Counted from the first letter of the stretch, positions 36,856 to 45,947 are shown. The stretch is DNA of 64,000 nucleotides from an uncultured Pseudobdellovibrionaceae bacterium (GCA_964351315.1 CAYGNH010000011.1:50251-114250); one strand, 5' to 3'. Notes: generated from the sequence alone by a model not told the origin. Numbers and translations are program-made.

Positions 36856-37875
36856 ATGAATGTCATTTTAGTTTTACTTGTAGGCCTCGCCTGGGGACAA
36901 AATTCCGCATTGCCGGAAAAAGCTCCGGTTCCGAAAAACAACCCTCAGACAAAAGACAAGATTGAACTTGGAAAGATGCTGTACTTTGACCCAAGGCTCT
37001 CCAGCGATGGAACCGTATCGTGCAACTCATGTCATAACGTGATGGCTGGTGGATCTGATAACCGATCTTTTTCATCCGGAGTTAAAGGCCAACGGGGGGG
37101 ACGAAGTGCTCCAACAGTTTTCAATGCAGCCTTTCTTTCGGTACAGTTTTGGGATGGACGAGCCGCAAGCCTTGAGGAGCAGGCCAAAGGGCCGATTACC
37201 AACCCCATTGAAATGGGCATGAAATCTCATGATGTTGCTGTAAAAAGGCTGAAACAGATTCCGGGCTACCAAAAATTATTTAGCAAAGTTTTTAAAAAGA
37301 AAAATTCGGTTAACCTAGAGAATACCGCGAAAGCGATCGCGTCTTATGAGAGAACATTAATTACACCGAATAGCCCCTTCGACAAGTTCATAAGCGGTGA
37401 TAAAAAAGCTTTGAGTCAAATGGCTCGGAAAGGCTATGAAACATTTAGTAGCGTTGGTTGCGTAACTTGTCACAGTGGCGCCGCTTTTGCTGGTCCTAGC
37501 GGGTTGCCGGAAGGGACTGGTTTTTATATGAAGTTTCCTACTTTTCCAAATACCAAGTACGACAAAAAATATAAGTTCACTGACGACAAGGGTCGTTTTG
37601 AGGCGACCAAAAATGAAGCTGACAAACATATGTTCCGGGTTCCTACTTTGCGCAACATTTCTTTAACCGCTCCTTATTTTCACAACGGGAGTGTCGACGA
37701 TCTCGAAGAAGCTGTTCGTGTTATGGCAAAAACTCAACTGAACAAGGATTTGTCGGAACAACAAGTGCAGCAAATCGTTACGTTTCTTGACGAGGGATTA
37801 ACTGGAACCATCCCCGTTCAAACAATGCCGGTATTGCCGCCAACTCCTAAAACAACAATTGTGGAAACCCAATAG
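36856..37875 (+). CDS. di-haem cytochrome c peroxidase (CCP/MauG family)
   Basis: Two CXXCH motifs (CNSCHN, CVTCHS), FWDGRA, and FRVPTLRN...APYFHNGS. Confidence 0.9.
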   Translation: MNVILVLLVGLAWGQNSALPEKAPVPKNNPQTKDKIELGKMLYFDPRLSSDGTVSCNSCHNVMAGGSDNRSFSSGVKGQRGGRSAPTVFNAAFLSVQFWDGRAASLEEQAKGPITNPIEMGMKSHDVAVKRLKQIPGYQKLFSKVFKKKNSVNLENTAKAIASYERTLITPNSPFDKFISGDKKALSQMARKGYETFSSVGCVTCHSGAAFAGPSGLPEGTGFYMKFPTFPNTKYDKKYKFTDDKGRFEATKNEADKHMFRVPTLRNISLTAPYFHNGSVDDLEEAVRVMAKTQLNKDLSEQQVQQIVTFLDEGLTGTIPVQTMPVLPPTPKTTIVETQ

Positions 37876-38209
37876 CGGTGAGGTTTGAGGCCAGCTAGAC
37901 AAAGGTCTTTTGGTAACCCTTTGAATTTAAAAAAAGGGCCAAGGCCCTTTGGTTGCCAAGACCAGTAGGGACTAAATTTGTACAGTCGGGTTTTGGATAA
38001 AATAAAAAAATACAGTAACTTGAAGCCCACCTCTGATGGCCTCAGTTTTCTTTTTAGACGAAATAGAATTGTTTCAATTTGATAAAATAATTGGAATCGG
38101 TGAAAGAAAATGGGAAAAGCGCCGATTAGAGGTTTAGAGATTGGTTGAATTACTTTACCATTAAAGGTGTCGAGCGGAAGTTGTCGAGCACCCAGCGATG
38201 GAGGTTCCT

Positions 38210-38560
38210 ATGGAATACAAGTTGTCTTCATTTAATTTTTCGTCTCAAATTGCTAGAGACGACCAACACCACGTGATTAAAGAAATCAACCGCATTCGTT
38301 CAAAATGTCCCAGTGACTCTAATTTTACCGGTTCATTTTCTGAGGCCAACAGTATTTACTCGGGAGAGATCAAGGTTTTGTTTTCAAAGGGCACGTTTTT
38401 TGTACAAGCTACGGGTTCTAACGTACCAGAGTTGATGCAAACTCTTTTAAACACCCTAGAAGATCAAGTGGCGTGCTGGAAGACGGTCAGGTTCGATCAA
38501 CCTGAAACCTTTATTAACTATAGCGAGTACCTTGATAGCAAAGTCGCTACAGGCTCTTAA
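38210..38560 (+). CDS. hypothetical small protein (possibly HPF/RaiA-like fold, weak)
   Basis: GGAGG 5 nt before ATG 38210. No confident motif. Preceded by a ~330-nt non-coding region. Confidence 0.45.
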   Translation: MEYKLSSFNFSSQIARDDQHHVIKEINRIRSKCPSDSNFTGSFSEANSIYSGEIKVLFSKGTFFVQATGSNVPELMQTLLNTLEDQVACWKTVRFDQPETFINYSEYLDSKVATGS

Positions 38561-38563
38561 ACT

Positions 38564-39832
38564 TTATTCAGATTCCAAAATTCCAGCAACACCCATTCCG
38601 CCGCCGGTGCAAATTGAAATCAGACCTCGACCTTTTTGCTGATTAAGAAGATCTGCCAATGTCATAGCCACGCGCGCTCCGGTGGCTGCAAAAGGATGCC
38701 CCAGAGCCAAACTACTGCCTTTGGTGTTTAGTTTGCTTCGATCTATAGTGCCAAGGGCTTTGTCGAGACCGATGACTTCTTTACAGTACTTCTCATCTTC
38801 CCAGGCTTTAAGGGTGCAGAGAACTTGGGCCGCGAAGGCCTCGTGAACTTCGTAAAAGTCAAAGTCTTGCAAACTCAAAGAATTTCTCTTGAGCATTTTC
38901 CCGACGGCCACTGTGGGCGCCATCAGTAGGCCAGCGCCATCGACAAAGTCAACCGCTGCAGATTGACCGTCTTTAAAGTAAGCCAAAACAGGAAGTTGGT
39001 GTTTCTTTGCATAGTCTTCTGACGCCAGAACAATACAAGAGGCTCCATCTGTCATGGCAGAGGAGTTGCCAGCCGTTAACGTTCCATGGCCCGAGGTTTT
39101 ATCAAAGGCAGGTCTGAGTTTGGCCAACTTTTCCAAGGTGGTGTCGGCCCTTAAAATAGTGTCTTTGTTGACGCCACTAAATGGCACAACGCTGTCTTTG
39201 TAAAAACCTTCATCGTAGGCTTTGGCCCCATTGAGGTGAGAGGCTAAAGCTAGTTTGTCCTGATCTTCGCGACTGATCTGCCATTCTTTGGCCATTAATT
39301 CGCAGTGTTCACCCATGCTGAGACCGGTACGAGGCTCGGTAATGCCAGGGACTTTTGGTTTAAAATCGGAGGGACGAAACTTGGTTAGGCCCCCGATCAT
39401 TTGCCCGGTGCTACGGGCTTGAGCCAGGCTTAAAAACTTATCAGAAGCTTTTCTTGAAAACTCCAATGAGAGTTTAGAGTTTGTGTCGGATCCACCTGCA
39501 ATACCGCACTCGATTTGGCCGAGCGCGATTTTGTTTGCAACCATTATTAAGGCTGATAGGCCTGTTCCACAGGCGCGCTGTAAATCAAAAGCTGGCGTGG
39601 TGTTGGCTAGTGTGGATCCAAGAACGGCTTCTCGGGCCAGGTTCCAGTCGGTACCAGCCTTAGTAATAGATCCAAGAACGACCTCGTCGACGTGTTTTAA
39701 ATTATAGCGTTTGGCTAAATTATTAAGAACTTCGGTCAGAAGTTCCTGGTTGGTGGCTGAGTACTTACTAAAAGATTTAACAAAGGGTGTTCGGACTCCG
39801 CCAACAATGGCCACTCGACGAGGTAAACTCAT
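38564..39832 (-). CDS. acetyl-CoA C-acyltransferase (thiolase, FadA/FadI-like)
   Basis: Active-site QRACGTGLSA, NSSAMTDGAS, GHPFAATGAR, CTGGGMGVA. AAGGAG RBS. Confidence 0.92.
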   Translation of the reverse strand: MSLPRRVAIVGGVRTPFVKSFSKYSATNQELLTEVLNNLAKRYNLKHVDEVVLGSITKAGTDWNLAREAVLGSTLANTTPAFDLQRACGTGLSALIMVANKIALGQIECGIAGGSDTNSKLSLEFSRKASDKFLSLAQARSTGQMIGGLTKFRPSDFKPKVPGITEPRTGLSMGEHCELMAKEWQISREDQDKLALASHLNGAKAYDEGFYKDSVVPFSGVNKDTILRADTTLEKLAKLRPAFDKTSGHGTLTAGNSSAMTDGASCIVLASEDYAKKHQLPVLAYFKDGQSAAVDFVDGAGLLMAPTVAVGKMLKRNSLSLQDFDFYEVHEAFAAQVLCTLKAWEDEKYCKEVIGLDKALGTIDRSKLNTKGSSLALGHPFAATGARVAMTLADLLNQQKGRGLISICTGGGMGVAGILESE

Positions 39833-39855
39833 GATACTCTCCTTGGATGTATGTA

Positions 39856-40086
39856 TTATTCTGCTGGGGTTTCAGTCGCCTCTTCGGCGGCCGCTTCAAC
39901 TGGAGCTTCCTCGGCAGGTGGCTCTTCCACTTTTTTTGGAATGCTCACTTTGATTAAGCCTTCGGCAGATAGAATTTTGACTTTATCTTCGCCATTGATC
40001 CATTTGCCTTTTTCGTTTTTTACACCAAAACGGCCGTTACGTTTTTTAAAGATCTTGAAATCTTTGGTCGCTTTTACTTTTTCCAT
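39856..40086 (-). CDS. small Lys-rich protein with an acidic Pro/Ala/Glu tail
   Basis: Start at MEKVKATKDFKIFKKRNGRFGVKNEKGKWINGEDKVKIL (AAGGAG RBS). The tail is EEPPAEEAPVEAAAEEATETPAE. Confidence 0.6.
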   Translation of the reverse strand: MEKVKATKDFKIFKKRNGRFGVKNEKGKWINGEDKVKILSAEGLIKVSIPKKVEEPPAEEAPVEAAAEEATETPAE

Positions 40087-40190
40087 GAATATTCTCCTTA
40101 CTCTCCAATGGATTTCGTTAAGTTGCCCTCCCAAACGGGAAGGGACTGCCACAAAGATATAAAGAATAATTAGAGGGCTGTAAAGAAGTC

Positions 40191-40754
40191 TTATTCTGGG
40201 TTTTCGATGACTTTCGGCTCGTAGGGATCAGGAAAGGGGGGCGCTTCCAGCTGTTTTTTCATGTTTTTTAAGCCTTCTTCAAACTTTCCACCAATCATTC
40301 CGGGGATCATGAGGCCCAGAACTCTTTCAACGGGGTAGGATAAAGAGCCTTTCATGCCCCAAGTCACCAAAACCCCATCGTTTTGTGGATTCACCAGCAT
40401 CGAGCTAGTGGCGGGTGGAGAGGCTGGTTCCTGAAACTTGAGGTCAAATTCCATAAACTCGGGTTCCCGAATTTGAATCAGGGTTTGTCGACCAGAACCT
40501 ATCTTCTTACCCTTCCATTCATGAAAACTACCAACAACACCAGGAACGCCATCAAATCGAGCCTCGGCCGAAGGGTCCTCAGCCAACCAAGGACTCCATT
40601 CCGGCCAGCTTTGGAGATTGACAAGATAAGAGTAAACATCAGCCTGTGAGCCCTTAATTGCTATTGACCGCTTCACTTCAAAGTGGTCGGGCAAAAGAGC
40701 TGGGATTACTAAAAGAACCACAATGACGGGTCCGAGTCTTTTAAGCCATTTCAT
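40191..40754 (-). CDS. SRPBCC (START/polyketide-cyclase-like) protein with an N-terminal anchor
   Basis: FEVKRSIAIKGSQADVYSYLVNLQSWPEWSPW. GAGGAGG RBS. Confidence 0.7.
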   Translation of the reverse strand: MKWLKRLGPVIVVLLVIPALLPDHFEVKRSIAIKGSQADVYSYLVNLQSWPEWSPWLAEDPSAEARFDGVPGVVGSFHEWKGKKIGSGRQTLIQIREPEFMEFDLKFQEPASPPATSSMLVNPQNDGVLVTWGMKGSLSYPVERVLGLMIPGMIGGKFEEGLKNMKKQLEAPPFPDPYEPKVIENPE

Positions 40755-40784
40755 GGTGGCCTCCTCTTGTTCGAAGTCCCTATC

Positions 40785-42647
40785 TTACTTAGTTGAGCAC
40801 TGCATGCCAATGGGCAAATGGTCACTCATGACGAAATGATAATCTTCAGCTTCAACAGCTTTTCCTAAGTCGAACCCATTGCTCAGAGTTGCCGTTAAGA
40901 AGTTGAGAATCGCAATGGACTCTTGATCACACTCGTCAGTCTCAGAGGTAGAAAAAATGAAATGATCATAATTTTTAGACAGTTCGCGTTTATCATTCAA
41001 AGAGGTTAAACCCTCGACAAAGAGTTCGGCATCCCCAAGTAGGTTTAAAAACTGTTCCCAAAGGTGGTGCTCCCAGCGGCCAGGGCCCCTTAATTCTTTT
41101 TCTAAATTGAAATCACCTGAAATGATAATGTCTTTTCCAGTTTCAATGTCCCGAATCTCCCGGGCAATGTGCATGACTTGAAAGACCTGGTAAAAGCGAG
41201 CAAATTCCCGCCCTTCACCCTTGGTGACACGGTTGTCTTTTCCAACAAAATTAAAAGTTCCAGTGGCCAAACTTTTCGCAAAGGTTCCAGTCAAATATTC
41301 TTCTGTGCTTTGCGAACTTTTCTTTTTCATTCGGTCAATACGCCCATCTACAAAAACTTCAGTTTTGAAAAAGTCTCCTATGAAGTCATTAAAGGCGTCT
41401 TTGCGAATCTCTTCGTAGTCTGATTTACAAAGCTCATATTTTTTCGCACTGCCTATATTATCAATGACTCCACTACAGCTGGATGGAAAGTAACCGTGTT
41501 TCTTGATTATAGCGAACTGTTCTTCAAGTCGCTTAAGGCATCCACGGTCGTCTTCCTTGCAGCGGACATCGGTGTCAGGTATTTTGATTTCAGTTCCCTC
41601 GATAAGATCCTTGGCCGCCTTAGATTTTAATACTTTGGTAACGGCTTCGGCGATTGGATTGTCTTCATTGCCATCCAAAGAGCTGATCAGCTTAATGTTT
41701 TGCAGCTGACAAAGACCCATGCAATCGGAATCAAACTCATCAATTCCACGAAAACTTAAATGTAAGCTGATCATTGATGTTTCAAATTTTCCGGCCTTAA
41801 AGCGCCCAGTCATCGGAATTTTCACAAAATAGTTGGAGGCTAATTCAGAAACCTTCAAAGGGCAGGCTAATGCTTTGCTAGGAACAACGTAATCGCGATC
41901 GTTGACTGGACTGCGTCCATCGCTCGACGAGATTCCATCCTTGTTGATTTCTCGAAACACAAAGTCATCTGTGTAAGGGGGATTGTCGATAAAGTTTTTC
42001 TGACAATATTCCGATTCAATCGGACTTACAGTCTGACCGCGATACAAAAAGCCTAGAAGTTCGGAGTCTCCCCCTTGAGAGTAGGGGGATATGATTAGAC
42101 CCCAAGATGGATCTAAGTTTTGCAGTTTCAAAAATAATTGAATGTGGGCGGGCACTGCGTATTGGCCGGTTCGACCAAACTCTTGAATTTCATCGGTCCG
42201 TCCTGGCTGCAACTCTTGCAAAGAAACTAGATCCCACTCGGAATCGATCATTTGGGCGGTAAGCTCCAAGTTCTTCCTCGATTTCTGCTCGCTGGTGCGC
42301 AAAATATTGTAACTACCAATACGGACAGTGTCTTGACCATTTTTTTCGGTGCTGGCGGGATAGTAGTGGTGAAAAACGTCATTGCAGTCGACTTTGCTTT
42401 TCATCAGCTCTTCAAGCTGGTCATTATCCAGTTGTGACAACTCTAAACCACCTAAGTCAGTCAGGTCGACTTTGTCTAACTGTGCCAGATCTGCGCTGTT
42501 CAGTTTGGCCAACTGGGCCCGGCTTAGGAGATCCTGATTCCATAGGCACTCGTTCATAGTGCTGGAGTCATCCGTTCCTTGACGAAATCCAAACGCAGGG
42601 AAACTCAAAACAAAAAGAAAACTGGGCAAAACAAGGATTTTAAACAT
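40785..42647 (-). CDS. secreted endonuclease/exonuclease/phosphatase (EEP)-family protein with octad repeats and a large Cys-containing insertion
   Basis: Signal peptide. EEP motifs IGSYNILR, SLQELQ, SLHLSF, ISGDFN and a C-terminal SDHLPI. About 210 aa lie between HL and GDFN. Confidence 0.72.
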   Translation of the reverse strand: MFKILVLPSFLFVLSFPAFGFRQGTDDSSTMNECLWNQDLLSRAQLAKLNSADLAQLDKVDLTDLGGLELSQLDNDQLEELMKSKVDCNDVFHHYYPASTEKNGQDTVRIGSYNILRTSEQKSRKNLELTAQMIDSEWDLVSLQELQPGRTDEIQEFGRTGQYAVPAHIQLFLKLQNLDPSWGLIISPYSQGGDSELLGFLYRGQTVSPIESEYCQKNFIDNPPYTDDFVFREINKDGISSSDGRSPVNDRDYVVPSKALACPLKVSELASNYFVKIPMTGRFKAGKFETSMISLHLSFRGIDEFDSDCMGLCQLQNIKLISSLDGNEDNPIAEAVTKVLKSKAAKDLIEGTEIKIPDTDVRCKEDDRGCLKRLEEQFAIIKKHGYFPSSCSGVIDNIGSAKKYELCKSDYEEIRKDAFNDFIGDFFKTEVFVDGRIDRMKKKSSQSTEEYLTGTFAKSLATGTFNFVGKDNRVTKGEGREFARFYQVFQVMHIAREIRDIETGKDIIISGDFNLEKELRGPGRWEHHLWEQFLNLLGDAELFVEGLTSLNDKRELSKNYDHFIFSTSETDECDQESIAILNFLTATLSNGFDLGKAVEAEDYHFVMSDHLPIGMQCSTK

Positions 42648-42837
42648 GGGGCCATATTATAGTTGCTAGCTCCGAAAATAAACCCCAGCGAGTCAAATGG
42701 GTGAATATTACAAGTTTGCTTACCAGAAATTAGGCAGCCTTGTAATTTTTGCTAAAAGTTCAATATTCCAAGAAAAAACCAGAGTTTGTAGTAAGTTCGG
42801 GTCCATAAAAGAACCAAAGAAAGAGGAGAGCGCCCAA

Positions 42838-44784
42838 ATGAAAAAGATTTTTACTTTTTTATTAATCAGCATTTGTTTAGGGGCGGCCACAACCGCTGTT
42901 CGCTATCAGTTGAGTTTGGATTCAGATCAGTATGCGAACATCGATATGGACCAGCTGTTTGCCGACTACTGCGGAAACGTGAAAAGAATTTCTACCGAAA
43001 TTCCTTACCCTAGTTATGACAATGACCTAGTTAAAACGGCGGTCAAAAAGTTAAACACCGTGGCTCCGGTGAGCTTTTATATGTACCACCCGGTCATATC
43101 GAGTTACGGATTTCGCAAAGGCACTGACCCTAATTTTCCATGGGATCGTTATCAAGATATTTTGGAGCTTCCAGGCAATTACCAGTTTGGACAGAAAAAA
43201 GATTGGGATACAGGAGAGATGGGAGAGTTTGATGAAGAACACTTAAAGCCCAAGTTTGAGTACGAGTATTTCAGCGTTGATAGCAAGCCTCCTAAAAATC
43301 TCAATATTGATGGCAAGTCGGTTTCGGTGAACGGCAACACTCACGCCTTTCTTGTCTACCTGTGTGGAGAATTTCGCGATCGTCCGACTTTGATCAAAGA
43401 AAAGTTAGAGTGGATTTCTCAACTTTATAAGTTGCCAGCGGCAGAGCAACCAGTGGTATCGGCCGAACAAGTTAAAAAAGAAGGTAAAAGCATTTGGTCT
43501 TATGTGGCGGCCCCTTCCTATGCCTATTACGTTATGTTTTCTAGAAAAGCTTTTAAGGCTAAGGAAGATAAAGCCTGGGGCGAAGATCAGTCCAGACGAC
43601 TTATGAACTTAAGTGAAAAGTGGCAGGTGGATAAGCCCGTTCCAGCCTTTGATGTTTGCGAAGTGAAGTATATGATGACAGAGTACATCTTCAAAGCCGA
43701 ACCCGAAGCCAAAGAATTTCCTGGATACGATCAGTACATGCGGGGTTTGGATTCTTATCGTTCCAGCTACTGCACGACGATGGATAATGACTACTATTAT
43801 GATTTTCGAGGGGACTCGAACATGAAACCCAACTCGCCTGAAAGCAACGGAATGATTTGGCATGCGACTTCGGTGATGAGTCGTTGCCAGCGCGATGAAA
43901 ATGGCCGAGTGTCTGTTGCTAAGGACTGGGGTTCGAGTGAGCCTTTAAATTTCGATGTTTCAGAGTGTGAAGACTATATGTCTCGACCTTTTAGCAACCG
44001 CTGGAATGCCGCAAGAGCTGCTTTAACAACCTGGACTCTTCGTAATGAACAGTTCGATCCCTATTTCTCTGATACCAGAACACTGGTTAGTATTGTTCCC
44101 ACTCTTAACCCGGAAAGTGTTCCTGCTGGTTTTAAAATTTATGGAGAAGATACCTATTTAGGGGCCGATCCAGAAAATTTTATGGCCAAATATTCGGCCA
44201 ATGTCGCAGAAAATTGGTTGGCTCCAGACTCTGGGTTCACATCGGTTTTTGGGATCAATCCAAGTGGTGTCAAAGAAATTGATTACGCGTACGAGAGATT
44301 GAAAGATGCCGTGGACCGTCACACCGACTGGTACGCTTCAGGTTATGATGATACCAGCTTCGAGCCGGTCAAAGCCCGAGTGATCGGTCAAGCCTATTCT
44401 CCATTTGTTGCCAGTTCCTATGAAATGAGCGAGTCGGATGCTTTTACAGCTCCAGGAATTACGGTAAATGGGCCAGTAGATGGTCGGCGTCAGTGGATGT
44501 TTGTCTTCAAAGTCCATAAAGACAAATGGTACAACACGGAAAGTTTGGCTGCGGGAAAACCCGTCAACTTTGAAACCCAATGGTTTGATGAAACTTCCTT
44601 TGGTACGACTCATCTGGCTGATACAGAACGAGCCTGGGACCGCTTGGGTACACCTCTTGAGGGAGAAATGGAATCGATCCTGTATTTGCACAATATTATG
44701 AATGAAGGTACGGCGATTAAAAGCATGACCTCCCCCGATCAGTATCCTGCTGTTGAAGACGATGGTTTGGGAAGCACTCACTAA
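42838..44784 (+). CDS. hypothetical secreted protein (648 aa)
   Basis: Start at MKKIFTFLLISICLGAATTAV after AAGAGGAG. Long clean ORF with no recognisable motif. Confidence 0.65.
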   Translation: MKKIFTFLLISICLGAATTAVRYQLSLDSDQYANIDMDQLFADYCGNVKRISTEIPYPSYDNDLVKTAVKKLNTVAPVSFYMYHPVISSYGFRKGTDPNFPWDRYQDILELPGNYQFGQKKDWDTGEMGEFDEEHLKPKFEYEYFSVDSKPPKNLNIDGKSVSVNGNTHAFLVYLCGEFRDRPTLIKEKLEWISQLYKLPAAEQPVVSAEQVKKEGKSIWSYVAAPSYAYYVMFSRKAFKAKEDKAWGEDQSRRLMNLSEKWQVDKPVPAFDVCEVKYMMTEYIFKAEPEAKEFPGYDQYMRGLDSYRSSYCTTMDNDYYYDFRGDSNMKPNSPESNGMIWHATSVMSRCQRDENGRVSVAKDWGSSEPLNFDVSECEDYMSRPFSNRWNAARAALTTWTLRNEQFDPYFSDTRTLVSIVPTLNPESVPAGFKIYGEDTYLGADPENFMAKYSANVAENWLAPDSGFTSVFGINPSGVKEIDYAYERLKDAVDRHTDWYASGYDDTSFEPVKARVIGQAYSPFVASSYEMSESDAFTAPGITVNGPVDGRRQWMFVFKVHKDKWYNTESLAAGKPVNFETQWFDETSFGTTHLADTERAWDRLGTPLEGEMESILYLHNIMNEGTAIKSMTSPDQYPAVEDDGLGSTH

Positions 44785-44799
44785 ATGAAGGAGACAAAC

Positions 44800-45282
44800 A
44801 TGAAACACTTGATGAAACAAACAATTCTTAGCTTCTGTGCCTGTCTCGGATTCGCTTCTGCAGCGAATGCTCAACAAAGCTGCTACAAAAGGAAAGAGTT
44901 GAAGAGTCCTGAGCCTTATTCTATTGAATTTTCCGAAGCCTATGATCTTGAAGCTGTTGAAAGCAACGGAAACTGGTACACCCAAGTGCAAGCCGGCCGA
45001 GCTTTTGGTTGTGTGATTTTTGCTGTTTCAGAAACCCAGGGGAAATTAAAGGGTCGATACCAGTCGGTTTCGGCTTCTCGATTGAATTCTGTTTGTGAAG
45101 GGAAACAGGATTATGTGTTCACCCAGTTTGCCGATAAAGATGGCAAACAAACCTTTCGTTTACAATGTGAGTACCCGGTTTACGAGGATCAATTGCCTCA
45201 ACCCTTTGCACCATCATTTTCGCAAGCTTCTCAACTTGATTTTGAAAAAGGCAAAAAAAGAACAACCAAGGTCTTTAAGTAA
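44800..45282 (+). CDS. hypothetical secreted 4-Cys protein
   Basis: MKHLMKQTILSFCACLGFASAANA signal. AGGAG 6 nt upstream. Starts 15 nt after the previous stop. Confidence 0.6.
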   Translation: MKHLMKQTILSFCACLGFASAANAQQSCYKRKELKSPEPYSIEFSEAYDLEAVESNGNWYTQVQAGRAFGCVIFAVSETQGKLKGRYQSVSASRLNSVCEGKQDYVFTQFADKDGKQTFRLQCEYPVYEDQLPQPFAPSFSQASQLDFEKGKKRTTKVFK

Positions 45283-45325
45283 AAATTTTCTTAGTACGAC
45301 TGAAAAAGCGGCGTGTTCCTATGGT

Positions 45326-45865
45326 TCACGCTTTTTTTTGTCGTAAATGAAAAGCCAGACCTAAAGGTAAAAGCAAAAGTAAGGCTCCAGGAGGGGTTCT
45401 GCCGTTGGGCTTTTTGGTTGGTGTAATCATTCCACAGCCGCCACTGTCACTGCCGCCGCCCGTGGTGTTGCTGTTGACGTTGTCGGCAGGGTCGGTGTTG
45501 TCCTGAAACTCGACGTCGTTGCTGAACCCATCGCCATCAGAGTCCGCGGCTCGAAAGGTGGCATCTGCAATCACGGATTCTAAGCTGTTGGGGCCGAAGG
45601 TAGGTAGTCCTCCACCAAATCCAACTACGTCCATAGCGGCATCCAAAAAGTCGGCCCCGAAACTTCCATTGATATTTCCCGGCCCTCCCAAAGATGATGA
45701 GTGACAAAGTAGGCAACTGTTACTTTTGGCCCCAGTTCCGACGGTGGTATCAGAGTAGTAACTTTCAAGAGCTTGTTGAAATTGACCTTGAGAAATGTAG
45801 GAATCCGAAGCAAGGGAGGTTGTACTGAGGGCGAAAAGAGTCAATGTGCTTATCAAGAACTTCAT
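45326..45865 (-). CDS. secreted CXXCH-motif protein with a TSP3-like Ca-binding repeat and a Cys-containing C-terminal sorting-type tail
   Basis: Signal MKFLISTLTLFALSTTSLA. CLLCH. DSDGDGFSNDVEFQDNTDPAD. C-terminus GGCGMI...PPGALLLLLPLGLAFHLRQKKA. The longer ORF start (45922) would include a terminator hairpin. Confidence 0.65.
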   Translation of the reverse strand: MKFLISTLTLFALSTTSLASDSYISQGQFQQALESYYSDTTVGTGAKSNSCLLCHSSSLGGPGNINGSFGADFLDAAMDVVGFGGGLPTFGPNSLESVIADATFRAADSDGDGFSNDVEFQDNTDPADNVNSNTTGGGSDSGGCGMITPTKKPNGRTPPGALLLLLPLGLAFHLRQKKA

Positions 45866-45880
45866 GACTAAAAGCCTATA

Positions 45881-45913
45881 AAAAAAAGCAGTCGAGGACG
45901 ACTGCTTTTTTTT
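45881..45913. terminator. bidirectional-type intrinsic terminator between the His-rich gene and the CXXCH gene
   Basis: A-run, GCAGTCG-AGGA-CGACTGC, T8. Confidence 0.75.
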
Positions 45914-45947
45914 CGAAGTCACTTTAATAGACTAAAGACTGAGTCTA

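Noticed and set aside
44338-44991. 217-aa minus-strand ORF spanning the junction of two plus-strand secreted-protein genes
   Set aside because: It has no RBS and no signal or motif, and its composition looks random. Both plus-strand genes have good RBSs and signal peptides.
45866-45922. The longer start (MTSKKKQ...) for the CXXCH protein
   Set aside because: The extension would be encoded by the terminator hairpin 45881-45913 (A-run/GCAGTCG...CGACTGC/T8). The internal Met gives a canonical signal peptide.
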